A stretch of DNA of 63,533 nt, counting the filler, from a bacterium (GTDB lineage Bacteria > UBP15 > UBA6099 > JAJRTR01): NCBI GenBank assembly GCA_024278215.1. It is 6 parts of 6 records of this genome, joined end to end, with 100 filler letters (N's around TTAATTAATTAA, not from the genome) between each part and the next. Parts side by side here need not be neighbours in the genome. Positions count along the whole stretch, not along the records: positions 20,354 to 43,930 come from JAJRTR010000198.1; 5 more parts are not named here. The stretch is one strand, 5' to 3'. The notes under the pieces are model-generated. The model was not told where the DNA came from and searched no databases. It worked only from the letters and a program-made list of their open reading frames with translations. Positions 20,354-30,563 of the stretch are shown here, piece after piece (positions within the stretch are counted from its first letter, which is position 1; every line of letters starts with the position of its first letter). The translations under genes were made by a program, and so were the position numbers.

Positions 20354-21559
20354 GCCGAGAATCTGCTCGATAATGTTATCGATGCGATTATTGCACGGCT
20401 GCCCGAAAAACGCGGCTCGCGGAAATATGACAGAAAGAGAATACTCGATGATCTCGCTTCGATCAAGAGCGTCTATGTGCCTTCCCTGTACGAATCTGTA
20501 TACGGCGAAGCGGGACACTTCGATCACATCGAGTCTGCCGCCGGCGCACCACGCGAAGTCCGGTACAATATCTGCGATCCGATACCTGAAGCGGCGCATT
20601 CACCTGTTGTGACAGACAGGTCGGCATTCCCGGGTCGGTTTCTGCTGGAGATGTCGCGTGGTTGTCCACACAGGTGCAAGTTCTGCCTTGCGAGTCATTC
20701 CGCCGAAAAGTTCAGACCGGCAAAGATGGCTGTGGCAGCCGCGGAAAGAGGACTCGCGGCTACCGGCAGGATCGGTCTCATAGGGACTGCCTTCACCAGG
20801 TCGTCGCAGGTGGAACGTATCTGTGAGGGTGCATCGGCCGCAGGGGCCGGTGTGTCGTTTTCATCAATTCGCATCGACAGGAAGACGCTCGATATGCTCT
20901 CGCGTTTCGGTGACACACTTGACATAAAGTCAATTGCCGTCGCGCCGGAAACAGCATCCGCGAAATTACGAAAAGTTATCAGCAAAGACATTTCAGCGGA
21001 GTTGGAAATGTTTGTTGAAGAGCGACCGCTGCCGGAACTCGAAAGGCTGAGGCTCTATTATCTGATCGGCATACCGGGCGAGTCCGCCGAAGATGTGTCC
21101 GCGATTGCCGAAGAGGCGGCGCGCATACGAAAGAAAACCGGCTGGGAGATCCTTATAAGTGTCACGCCGATGATACCAAAACCGCACACGCCGATGCAGT
21201 GGATGACGATGGCGGGCGAAAAAGAATTGAAGAAGAAACGCAACCTGCTGAAGAAGGCAGTCGCTGAACATGACGGCGTCGATCTGAAAATCGAAAGCAT
21301 TCGTGGCGCGATCGAACAGGCAGTGCTTTCGAAAGGTGACCGCCGCATCGGCAGGGCGATTATGCAGGCTGCAAAGGAGAAACCGGGCAGGACCGACTTG
21401 CTGAAGGAAGTGGAATCCTGTGGCATCAGGACAGTCGATATCATAGGTGCGATGGGGGACCCGGAGAGGCATTACCCCTGGGATGTAATTACGCATGGCG
21501 CGGGTAGCGAAAAATTATTCGGTGAATTTATCAGGGCGAGGGAAGCATCGGAAGAATGA
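20354..21559 (+). CDS. Radical SAM protein (YgiQ/TIGR03960-like), 5'-truncated
   Basis: EMSRGCPHRCKFC, APET, PKPHTP; frame is open back to the spacer. Confidence 0.85.
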   Translation, partial: AENLLDNVIDAIIARLPEKRGSRKYDRKRILDDLASIKSVYVPSLYESVYGEAGHFDHIESAAGAPREVRYNICDPIPEAAHSPVVTDRSAFPGRFLLEMSRGCPHRCKFCLASHSAEKFRPAKMAVAAAERGLAATGRIGLIGTAFTRSSQVERICEGASAAGAGVSFSSIRIDRKTLDMLSRFGDTLDIKSIAVAPETASAKLRKVISKDISAELEMFVEERPLPELERLRLYYLIGIPGESAEDVSAIAEEAARIRKKTGWEILISVTPMIPKPHTPMQWMTMAGEKELKKKRNLLKKAVAEHDGVDLKIESIRGAIEQAVLSKGDRRIGRAIMQAAKEKPGRTDLLKEVESCGIRTVDIIGAMGDPERHYPWDVITHGAGSEKLFGEFIRAREASEE

Positions 21560-22254
21560 ACAAAATGGATGAAACAGCGATAAAACAAAACCTTGACGAG
21601 ATAGGCGAAAAGATGTCCGCGGCAGCAGTGCGAAGCGGAAGAAAAGCCGGGGATGTGACACTTGTTGTCGTAACAAAAACAAGGACTGTCGAGGAGATCA
21701 GGGCGGTGATATCAGCAGGTGTGGGCCATATAGGTGAAAACAGGGTGCAGGAAGCGGAAACAAAACGAAGCGAACTCGGCGAAGGTTTCACGTTCAGAAT
21801 GATCGGTCACCTCCAGCGGAATAAAGCAAAAAATGCTATCGAGTTGTTCGACGCGATTGATTCGGTGGACTCGATAAGGCTTGCAAAAGAGTTGTCGAAA
21901 GAACTGCAAAAAAAGGACATGAACATGCCGGTACTTATAGAAGTGAACAGTTCCGGCGAAGATACAAAGTTTGGTTTCGAGCCTGAAGAGATCATGAGAG
22001 CGGCCTGTGAAATAGCGGTACTTCCCGGCATTGACTTGAAAGGACTCATGACAATCGGGCCTTTGACAGCAGACGAAAAAAGAATACGGGACTCATTTGA
22101 AACGACAAGAGAAATATTCGAAAAGATAAAGAAAAAGCATCCCGCATTTGAGACGCTTTCGATGGGGATGACAGACGACTACGAGACAGCAATAGAAGAA
22201 GGTTCGACGATGGTGCGCATAGGGCGTGCCGTATTCGGAAAAAGGAGGTGGTGA
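21556..22254 (+). CDS. yggS: PLP homeostasis protein YggS
   Basis: VVTKT, GENRVQE, IGHLQRNK, GLMTIG, LSMGMTDDY, MVRIG. Confidence 0.95.
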   Translation: MNKMDETAIKQNLDEIGEKMSAAAVRSGRKAGDVTLVVVTKTRTVEEIRAVISAGVGHIGENRVQEAETKRSELGEGFTFRMIGHLQRNKAKNAIELFDAIDSVDSIRLAKELSKELQKKDMNMPVLIEVNSSGEDTKFGFEPEEIMRAACEIAVLPGIDLKGLMTIGPLTADEKRIRDSFETTREIFEKIKKKHPAFETLSMGMTDDYETAIEEGSTMVRIGRAVFGKRRW

Positions 22255-22360
22255 GGAAAAACAAATATATACCTTGATTGCCGGGCCGCCGGGCCGTGAG
22301 CGGAAATCTGAAACCGCCCAAATCAATCGTCCGGGGCTTTATCTGAAGAGGAGGATAAAA

Positions 22361-22804
22361 GTGTTTAGCGCATTAGTACAGAATCCAGTCTACAAGAAAG
22401 TAAGAGATTTCTTCATTCTCGATCCCGAGTCTGAAGACTACAGGGAACAGGATCATATCGAGGAATTCGAGCAAAACGGAAAAGTGGTTCCGATAAACCG
22501 CGCGGGAGCGAAAATCGCTGTCAGCATAAGCGATCCGACTACAACGGCGGACGCGAAAAAAGCAACCGATGAACTTCGGCAGAACAAGATTGTCATTGCC
22601 AATATTTCAAGGCTGGAAGCCGGGATGCAGAAAGAATATCTGCACTTCCTGAGCGGCGCGACCTATGCGCTGGACGGCAACTGCAAAAAGGTCGGTCCGG
22701 GTGTCTTCCTGTTCTCGCCCAATTCGATTCCGATAACAGACCTGGAAGAACTTATCAGCGAAAAAGAAGGCGGTAGAAAAGGTGTGTTCATCGACGATCT
22801 TTGA
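22361..22804 (+). CDS. sepF: Cell division protein SepF
   Basis: FLSGATYALDG...FLFSP; located between yggS and proC; GTG after GAGGAGG. Confidence 0.85.
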   Translation: MFSALVQNPVYKKVRDFFILDPESEDYREQDHIEEFEQNGKVVPINRAGAKIAVSISDPTTTADAKKATDELRQNKIVIANISRLEAGMQKEYLHFLSGATYALDGNCKKVGPGVFLFSPNSIPITDLEELISEKEGGRKGVFIDDL

Positions 22805-22909
22805 TCCGGTGGCGAACTGAAGAAACGTCGCATAAAAACAGCTCGGATGAATCAACGATTGCCGGGTGTATGCACGTATTCGAGTAAACAGTAAATAAAT
22901 TGCCTGGAA

Positions 22910-23734
22910 GTGACAGAAATGGGTTTTAAGGGAAAAGCCGGATTCGCCGGTGCCGGGAAAATGGGCGGCATACTTATCGAGGGATTGACGGGAAGCGGTA
23001 TGCTGCCTCCCGAAAATGTATCAATATTCGACATCGCAGCCGAACGACTGAAGCAACTCTGTGAGAAGACAGGCGCGGAGCCCGCATCGTCGGTTTCAGA
23101 GCTGACCTCGGTATGCGATGTCCTGTTCTTGTGTGTCAAACCCGATCAGTTTCCTGCCACCGGTGCCCGGATCGCGGAAACATGGGAAGCGAAAAGGCCT
23201 GTGATAGTAAGTATCATGGCCGGAGTGAAAACAGAGTTTATAAGAAGAATCATCAGCACTGAAGCGCCGGTAATAAGGGTAATGCCGAATGTGGCGGCCC
23301 TTGTAGGGAAGGGCGCGGCAGGGGTCGCGAAAGATGAGCGCGCGCCTGACGAAGTAAATGAATTCGTATTTGACTTGTTCGAAAAGCTTGGCGGCGCTGT
23401 GTGGGTGCCCGAGTCGAAAATGGACGCTGTCACCGCGCTGAGCGGCAGCGGACCGGCGTATGTTTTCATGTTTATAGAAGCGCTTACCGATGCCGGCGTG
23501 CGGCTCGGACTTGACAGGCAGACATCGGAAAAACTCGCCGTGCGTACTGTGGCGGGCGGCGCCGCGATGGTGGACGAGACGGATTTCGACACTCTGCAAC
23601 TCAGGGCGCAGGTTTCCTCTCCGGGCGGTACAACTGTAGCGGCGACGTCGGAACTCGAAAGGCTCGGCTTCAGAAGTTCTATCATCGAGTCTGTAAGAGC
23701 AGCTTATGAGAGGTCGGTCGAACTGGGAAAATGA
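22910..23734 (+). CDS. proC: Pyrroline-5-carboxylate reductase
   Basis: GAGKMG, VKP, RVMPN, TALSGSGPAY, VSSPGGTT. Confidence 0.95.
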   Translation: MTEMGFKGKAGFAGAGKMGGILIEGLTGSGMLPPENVSIFDIAAERLKQLCEKTGAEPASSVSELTSVCDVLFLCVKPDQFPATGARIAETWEAKRPVIVSIMAGVKTEFIRRIISTEAPVIRVMPNVAALVGKGAAGVAKDERAPDEVNEFVFDLFEKLGGAVWVPESKMDAVTALSGSGPAYVFMFIEALTDAGVRLGLDRQTSEKLAVRTVAGGAAMVDETDFDTLQLRAQVSSPGGTTVAATSELERLGFRSSIIESVRAAYERSVELGK

Positions 23735-23965
23735 AACAACAACACTGCATCAGGAAAACAATTTCGCTCACAGGGCGGTACCTTGCCAGACGACGCAGAC
23801 TGCATCTGCTCAAACAGACGGGGCTGCATCCGAGCACGAGAAGAAGACCTGCCGGCGCCGGGAAATACCTGTGGCTCAATTGCAAAAGCAGTGCCGAAAT
23901 GGATTCAACGGCACGCCATTAAAGGCAGCCGATCATATAAATCACAACGACAGGCGGGATTTGAA

Positions 23966-26326
23966 ATGAGCAGGAAAACAGCTAAGAAAAACAAAAAGAC
24001 AGGGAAAAAAGCGGCAGGTAAAGTCCGCGACGATGCTTTCCTGTCGGAAATACTCGGCATTCTCGTCATCACACTTGCACTGCTTTCGGCTGTAGGTCTT
24101 TTCTGGGGACGCGAAGCGACGACGCTTTCTGCTGTCAGGCAGGCATATATCTCGCTTTTTGGCATAACATCAATCGCAGTTCCCGTTATCATCGGCCTTC
24201 TTGGCTTATGGATACTCCTGAAAAAGAGAACGTTTCTATGGACGATGCTGCAAGTTTTTCTTATCACACTTTTCACCGGCGCCTTTCTTAATATTGTCAG
24301 GATCGATCCGGGCCATGATTTCATTATCAGTCATCGGGCATGGCTCTCAGCCGGCGGAACGGTTACATCGTGGTTCATTGTCCCGCTCATGCGCGCGCTG
24401 ACTCCGGTCGGCGCAATGCTTATTCTCATCGCTGTCGTAATGGTTTACACTCAACTCGTATTCGGCGTATCCTATATCGAAATAGGGAAAAAAATCGCGC
24501 CGCACATTTTGCAGGCACTCAATGCAATCGGATTATTAATATCAAAAGCATTCAATTTCTTCGCGGAGCGTGCAAGCGAGATGGCACAAAAGCGACGCGA
24601 GAGAATCGAAGCCCTCAAAGAACAAAAGGCAAGAGAAGTGGAAGAAAGAGCGCAGAGACTGAAGGAAGAAGAAGCGCGCGTGATGTCCGGCGGCAGCTTT
24701 CTGGACGACGACGAAGAGCAGGATGACGATATTTCTCTAACAAACGACGATGACAAAAATTCAGTGTCGTTTGAGATTCAGAAGAACCCGGAAGAGGAAC
24801 TCGTTGCCGAAGAAGACTATGTCGAAACACAGCGGCAGAAAGAGATCGCGGTGCAGACGATAGGCGAAGAAGGAGACGATGTCGAAAGAATCACATGGAA
24901 GCTGCCTGCCCCGCACGACTGGCTGGACCCGCCCGCCGATGTCTCCGAATCTTCGATGGACGGCACAATGCGCGACAAACTCGAAGAAATGCTTCAGAGT
25001 TTCAAGGTGCCCGCGAAAATCACGAATGTTGTTAAAGGCGCATCTTTTACACGGTTTGAAATCGAGCTGGAACCCGGCACTAAAGTCAGTCGCATAGTTC
25101 AACTTGAAGCGAATATAGCGCTGTCGCTCGCGACCGACATAAAAACAATACGTATAGAAGCGCCCATACCCGGCAAGTCGGCCATCGGTATCGAGGTGCC
25201 GAATGTGGAAAGGGCTATGGTGCCGTTCCGCAAACTATTTCTCAATAAGAAATTTGTCACCCTTAAGAATCCGCTGTCGTTTGTGCTTGGCGAGGATATC
25301 ACGGGGAAAGCAGTTTTCGCAGCCGTCCCCAGGATGCCGCACATGCTCGTGGCGGGGTCCACCGGTTCGGGAAAGAGCGTGTGTCTCAACGCCATATTGT
25401 GCAGCATCCTGGCACGCGAATTTCCAACACAGACACGTATGATCCTTGTTGATATGAAGCGGGTCGAACTCACCCCTTTCGACGGCATACCGCACCTTAT
25501 GACAAATGTTATCCAGGAACCGCAGGAGGCGGCTAACGCCCTTAAATGGGTGTGCGACGAGATGACACGCAGGTTCAAGATATTTGCCGAAGTCGGTGTC
25601 AGGAATATCGAAAGCTACAACAATTACGTTGAAAACGAAGAAGAAAAAATGTACAGAATCCTGTTTGTCATTGATGAACTTGCAGACCTCATGATGATAT
25701 CGAATTCATCAATGAATATCGAGAATTATATCTGCCGTGTGACACAGCTCGCACGTGCTGTAGGCATACACATGATACTCGCCACACAGAGGCCGGACAC
25801 GAAAATTATCACAGGAACAATAAAGAACAACATCCCCGCGCGGCTGTCGTTCTCGGTCAGATCGCAGATAGACTCGCGCACGATCATCGACCAGAAAGGC
25901 GCTGAAACATTGCTGGGGAAAGGCGATATGCTCTATCTCGGCTTCGGATCGAACAAACTCCAGCGACTTCAGGGCCCGTTCGTAAGCGACAGCGAAGTGC
26001 GCCGCCTTGTGAAGTTCTGGAAATCGCAGGGTGAGGTCGAATACCAACTTAAATTCGACGACGGAACTACTGATGTCAGTGAAGGCATGACCATGGGTGA
26101 GAACCTTACCGAGGATGAGAAACTCTATTTTCAGGCTGTCGAGCTTGTCGTAAATACGGGACAGGCCTCGATCTCAAAGATACAGCGCCACCTGCGCATC
26201 GGATACAACCGTGCGGCAAGAATGGTTGACCTTATGGAAGAGCGCGGAGTAGTCGGCCCGGCAGACGGCAGCAGGCCTCGCGAAGTATTGCAGCGTTCCG
26301 TACATGCCGAAAGCGGAGTCGATTAA
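23966..26326 (+). CDS. ftsK: DNA translocase FtsK/SpoIIIE
   Basis: Multi-TM N-terminus; PHMLVAGSTGSGKS, IDELADLM, ATQRP, gamma domain QRHLRIGYNRAAR. Confidence 0.96.
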   Translation: MSRKTAKKNKKTGKKAAGKVRDDAFLSEILGILVITLALLSAVGLFWGREATTLSAVRQAYISLFGITSIAVPVIIGLLGLWILLKKRTFLWTMLQVFLITLFTGAFLNIVRIDPGHDFIISHRAWLSAGGTVTSWFIVPLMRALTPVGAMLILIAVVMVYTQLVFGVSYIEIGKKIAPHILQALNAIGLLISKAFNFFAERASEMAQKRRERIEALKEQKAREVEERAQRLKEEEARVMSGGSFLDDDEEQDDDISLTNDDDKNSVSFEIQKNPEEELVAEEDYVETQRQKEIAVQTIGEEGDDVERITWKLPAPHDWLDPPADVSESSMDGTMRDKLEEMLQSFKVPAKITNVVKGASFTRFEIELEPGTKVSRIVQLEANIALSLATDIKTIRIEAPIPGKSAIGIEVPNVERAMVPFRKLFLNKKFVTLKNPLSFVLGEDITGKAVFAAVPRMPHMLVAGSTGSGKSVCLNAILCSILAREFPTQTRMILVDMKRVELTPFDGIPHLMTNVIQEPQEAANALKWVCDEMTRRFKIFAEVGVRNIESYNNYVENEEEKMYRILFVIDELADLMMISNSSMNIENYICRVTQLARAVGIHMILATQRPDTKIITGTIKNNIPARLSFSVRSQIDSRTIIDQKGAETLLGKGDMLYLGFGSNKLQRLQGPFVSDSEVRRLVKFWKSQGEVEYQLKFDDGTTDVSEGMTMGENLTEDEKLYFQAVELVVNTGQASISKIQRHLRIGYNRAARMVDLMEERGVVGPADGSRPREVLQRSVHAESGVD

Positions 26327-26371
26327 GAAACAATGAAAACATACAATAATGTAAATAACAAGTTGTATTGC

Positions 26372-26564
26372 GACCTTCTAGGTCCTTGGCCCGACAGGGC
26401 CAAAGGAGGAGTGTTGTTTCTATATTGTGGCTTCGGGTCTCGCCGCAACATGGCGAGCCCGGAAGCCGCCCTCTTGCTTTGAAGTATTCCCGAAAGTGCT
26501 TTTGCGCTTAGGGTTTTTACTTATCATTCCCCCCTGCCGGCCCCGAAAGGGGCCGTTTTTTTTT
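26372..26564 (+). ncRNA. Candidate structured RNA or leader (multiple hairpins ending in a terminator)
   Basis: Five consecutive stem-loops visible by eye; no known family recognised. Confidence 0.35.
26537..26564 (+). terminator. Intrinsic terminator
   Basis: CGGCCCC-GAAA-GGGGCCG followed by a run of T. Confidence 0.85.
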
Positions 26565-26856
26565 GTGTTGCCGACGGGCGTATCCCAGCTGCACTTGAAA
26601 GTCACCTATTCCGGTGTTGCAGGAGCAGGAGGAGGATAATCTAAACAGTGATATACATCGAGAGTCTTTTCTTTCCTGCTGTCGATGTCATTTCTCGATT
26701 TCACATACACAACTCCTATTGATAGCCGCTATATACAGGAATGTCGCGAATAATGATGTCGAAAATAAAACAGGAGGAACGACTTGAATTTTCCCATTTT
26801 ATCAGGCAGAATAAGAACTGTTTTATAATGAAGAATGTAGTTGTTTTCGATAATTC

Positions 26857-26928
26857 GGGCGTTTAGCTCAGTGGGAGAGCGCTTGCCTTACAAGCAAGGG
26901 GTCACTGGTTCAAGTCCAGTAACGCCCA
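26857..26928 (+). tRNA. tRNA-Val(TAC)
   Basis: Cloverleaf GGGCGTT/AACGCCC, anticodon arm CTTGC-CT-TAC-AA-GCAAG, T loop GGTTCAAGTCC; CCA not encoded. Confidence 0.95.
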
Positions 26929-27226
26929 TCAGCAAATTTCGCGCAACGTTATAGCATAAAATAATAGGAATTTCGTACCTGTAGGCACTATCAATTTCCA
27001 CGCAACTGTGATACATATATATGCACACCAACATTTAGCTATCCAGAAGAAAAATGAGGCGGCCCACAAGAAGTTGAGCAGATAAGGCAACCATCAGAAA
27101 TAAAAAATCATGGTTTCCATTCTGGCACTACATAGGGATATATACGAACGCACGGCTACAGCCCGACCAACGGACTAAAATAACATAAGTTTCAAAAACA
27201 ACCGCGATATTTAGGGTTTTCGTTAG

Positions 27227-27299
27227 TGGGCCCGGAGGGACTCGAACCCCCGACTAACGGATTATGAGTCCGCTGCTCTACCAGCTGAGCTACAGGCCC
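27227..27299 (-). tRNA. tRNA with CAT anticodon (probably Ile2, otherwise Met)
   Basis: Reverse complement GGGCCTGTAGCTCAGCTGGTAGAGCAGCGGACT-CAT-AATCCGTT...GGTTCGAGTCC...GGGCCCA; CCA not encoded. Confidence 0.93.
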
Positions 27300-27736
27300 T
27301 TGATATTTTATGCTACTAAATCTGCTCCAAAGTTCTTAATAACGCTGTCCGATTCTACATCAACGTTAGAAAAGCTCTCTATCACATCTCTAACGCATAC
27401 GACTCATTCTATTACGTTTGAATCTTGCTCATAAATAATCAACAATCTCCGATTACGCATCAGTAAATAAACCTCAATACTAGTCTTAATATCATACACG
27501 AATTTATTTATTTTTGAAGGGCTTGAAGGAAATTATTCGGCTTTCTTTTTCTTGCTGTCTCCAACTGGCTTCACAGGTGGAAACATCTTTTCCATGAATG
27601 TTCGGCAAATATAGGCATTTCCATTTAAGTCGGTTTCATAGCTCTGTTCTCTTATGGAACCATCACGTCTTCCTTCACGTGAATCTCTTATCTCTTTAGG
27701 TGCACCGACTTTTCTCATTCTGTTCTTGAAATCTTT

Positions 27737-27956
27737 CCTAACCAGGCAAAGCCGGAACCAAACAGGCCGTATTTTCGTGCCCAAACAAATGCGGTTTGAG
27801 CACGGCACACAGTCTATAGTTTGAGCACGGTACACATAGTTTCATCGTTCCCAGGGGCTACCTTGGAAACGTCTGTAACTGGAAGTTCCAGCTTTCACCG
27901 ATCCCTTTTCAGCATTTCTTTACCATCCGGCGTAGCATTTCAGTCGTAAGATACTA
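27737..27956 (-). mobile_element. Repeat family B (~195 bp, no TIR) copy with an internal ~25-bp duplication
   Basis: CCTAACCAGGCAAAGCCGGAACC...GTCGTAAGATACTA; matches the reverse complement of 59819-60013; GTTTGAGCACGG occurs twice. Confidence 0.82.
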
Positions 27957-28139
27957 CGCCTAAATGTCTTTGTGTGATATGTGGAACATTTGCAAGTACT
28001 CGCGCCTTATCAAATTGATACATTAACCCTTTGAGTCATCCCATCAACTCCTTCTTTTTCAAGGAAGGCAGCCAACTGAGGCGGGATAACGATCTTTCAA
28101 TAAAACCTTTTCCTCTTGTTTTTGTTGAAGCTCAACTGA

Positions 28140-29555
28140 CTAACTGAAAACCTTAAGGAACTTCCGAAAAATATATTTTAAGTGTTGAAAAGAACGGATA
28201 TAAAAAAACACACTCATCAACGCCCCGGGACGACAGTAAACAATGAAGTAACCAAGAAACCTCGCTATCCGCAGGAAGCTGGACGAAACACCTTTCGGCA
28301 GATAAACAAGCTTGTGCAAGGCAACTTTATCATAATCAAGTGACGCGAGTTGGCCGTTCTTTTTCATTTCATCATAGAAAGCGCTTCCGGGTAACGGCAG
28401 AAAGAAAACAAACTGTGCACGGTCGAGTTTCAGTTTCCCGGCGAATGAAATCGTTTTCAGGATATCCGGCTTCTCTTCGCCCGGAAATCCCATAACGAAA
28501 AAGCCCGTGATCTTCATCTTTGTGTTGTCACGCACAATCCGGACTTTTTCCTTAACCATATCCACAGTCTGGTTCTTCATGACAGCATTCAATATACGTT
28601 GAGAACCGGATTCTATACCCATGGATATCGCATAGCACCCTGCCCTCTCCAGCGCCGTAATAATTTCTTTGTCTATCGTGTTTATCTTTATGCCGTTAGG
28701 CAACGCAATATTTACCGCCGGGTTGCTTGCTGCTATGGACTCGCAGAATTCGAGTACCCACTCGCGATTCCCGGTGAAACAATCCGACACTATATGTATT
28801 TCACGGATATTATATTCCGAGCGCAACATTGAGATCTCATCGACAACGCTATCGACACTGCGGTAGCGCAGGCTGCGTCCGGTGATGGTATGCGCGGCGC
28901 AGAATTTACACGAATACGGGCAACCGCGCACCGGGCAGACAGGCGCCACAGGATACGATTTGATAAAAGCGCCCATCGGCGCGGTGTCGTAATCAAGCGG
29001 ATGAATCAGGTCCCACGCAGGAACAGCCACATGATCGAGATCGCTTATTACTTTCAGTTTATTAACGACAATCTTTTCTCCATCTCTCCATATCAGGTTG
29101 GGAATTTTCGAAAAATCCGGATTATCCCGTAGAGAATAATCGGCGCTCCTGAGTCTGTTTATCAAGGCGGGAAACGACTCTTCACCTTCTCCTCGCACAG
29201 CAAAATCAAGTTCGGGTATCATTGCCGGCATATTCGCGGGATCACCGGACGGGTGTGGTCCGCCGACAACTGTTTTTACATCCGGAGATATCTTCTTCAC
29301 AAATCTGAGCAACTCGATTGTCTTTGTAAGAGCCCTAGAATAAACCTGAAAAGCGACAACATTGAAACCACCGGCTGCTATCCGCCTCTCGATATCTGTA
29401 TAGTTCATTCCCGATTTATTGCCGTCACACAAATCGACCCCGATATCCTCCGCTCGAAGCGCAGCCGCAAGATAGCCAAGTCCGAGATTGGGAATAATAA
29501 TATCAACATTATCATGTGTTGTTACCGGGTTGATGAGCAGAACTTCACAATTCAA
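28140..29555 (-). CDS. Cobalamin-binding radical SAM protein
   Basis: PNLGLGYLAA, VGGPHPS, GEGEE, RGCPYSCKFC, GIESGS. Confidence 0.92.
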   Translation of the reverse strand: MNCEVLLINPVTTHDNVDIIIPNLGLGYLAAALRAEDIGVDLCDGNKSGMNYTDIERRIAAGGFNVVAFQVYSRALTKTIELLRFVKKISPDVKTVVGGPHPSGDPANMPAMIPELDFAVRGEGEESFPALINRLRSADYSLRDNPDFSKIPNLIWRDGEKIVVNKLKVISDLDHVAVPAWDLIHPLDYDTAPMGAFIKSYPVAPVCPVRGCPYSCKFCAAHTITGRSLRYRSVDSVVDEISMLRSEYNIREIHIVSDCFTGNREWVLEFCESIAASNPAVNIALPNGIKINTIDKEIITALERAGCYAISMGIESGSQRILNAVMKNQTVDMVKEKVRIVRDNTKMKITGFFVMGFPGEEKPDILKTISFAGKLKLDRAQFVFFLPLPGSAFYDEMKKNGQLASLDYDKVALHKLVYLPKGVSSSFLRIARFLGYFIVYCRPGALMSVFFYIRSFQHLKYIFRKFLKVFS

Positions 29556-29632
29556 GAATCCACCTCAAAATGAAATGAATTGCCTTTTACAAAAACGCAC
29601 AAGATCAGCTTTAATTCCAAACACTCAAATCA

Positions 29633-29660
29633 TAGCCCGCATATTTCACAAATGCGGGTT
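29633..29660. repeat. Repeat family C palindrome
   Basis: TAGCCCGCATATTTCACAAATGCGGGTT. Confidence 0.8.
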
Positions 29661-29736
29661 GAGCCAAATGCTGTACAGTGTGAACGGATACTTCGTTGGG
29701 AACGATGCCAAAATAGCCGGCATCCTGCAAGTTGCC

Positions 29737-30438
29737 CTATTCGATTCCCAATTCCGCTTTTATGCCCTGAAGCCTGTCGGGATAGTCGGTCATTATGCAG
29801 TCGACATCCAGAAGGATCATTCTCCTGATGTCCTCTTTCTCGTTGACAGCCCACACGTTAACATTCAAGCCGAGTTCGTGAGCTGCAACCACATATTTAC
29901 GTGTGGTGGTCTTATAAAGAGGATTCACTGAAACGCAACCGAGTCCGGCGGCAAGCCTGAGTTGACGCCACTTCAACACCGGAACAGCGAGATAGCCGAG
30001 CGGCACATCCGGATCGATTTCACGCATTGTTTTAAGCACTCCGAATTTGAAACACGATACCTGGCAGCGATCATACAATTTATTTTTTCTGATAACTTCG
30101 ACTACTTTTTCGACTGCATCACTGTCTTTGATTTCTATATTTATCGTCATGCCGGTTCCGACGCATGTATCTACAGTTTCCTGAAGTGTGGGTATCGGTT
30201 CGTCCCTGAAACGCAATCGTCGAATCTGATCGAGCGACAGTTTTTTTATATGAAACGCACCGGAATCAGTCTGTAATTTCGCGTTATGTGATATTACAGG
30301 CACAGCGTCAGCTGAGAGGAAGACGTCTGTTTCGATTTCCTGCGCGCCCATCTCCGCCGCACGCACAAATGCCCGGACTGTGTTTTCCGGTTCGTGAGCC
30401 CTTGCGCCTCGATGCGCGCAGTTAATAATTTTCTTCAT
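29737..30438 (-). CDS. Glycerophosphodiester phosphodiesterase
   Basis: AHRGA, PENT, ETDV, NIEIK, IMTDYPD. Confidence 0.93.
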   Translation of the reverse strand: MKKIINCAHRGARAHEPENTVRAFVRAAEMGAQEIETDVFLSADAVPVISHNAKLQTDSGAFHIKKLSLDQIRRLRFRDEPIPTLQETVDTCVGTGMTINIEIKDSDAVEKVVEVIRKNKLYDRCQVSCFKFGVLKTMREIDPDVPLGYLAVPVLKWRQLRLAAGLGCVSVNPLYKTTTRKYVVAAHELGLNVNVWAVNEKEDIRRMILLDVDCIMTDYPDRLQGIKAELGIE

Positions 30439-30563
30439 TGTTCGATTTATCCGGAGTCCATGATATCCAAACCGGAAAGCGGATTCCGCATAATATACCC
30501 ACGGAATCCGCATTGATTTCAATCAGATTGTCACATCGTAATGCTTACTATTCTTCGGGCCTC

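Noticed and set aside
23731-23922. 63-aa ORF between proC and ftsK, and the long 5' extension of ftsK
   Set aside because: No recognisable family (not YggT-like); ftsK more plausibly starts at 23966
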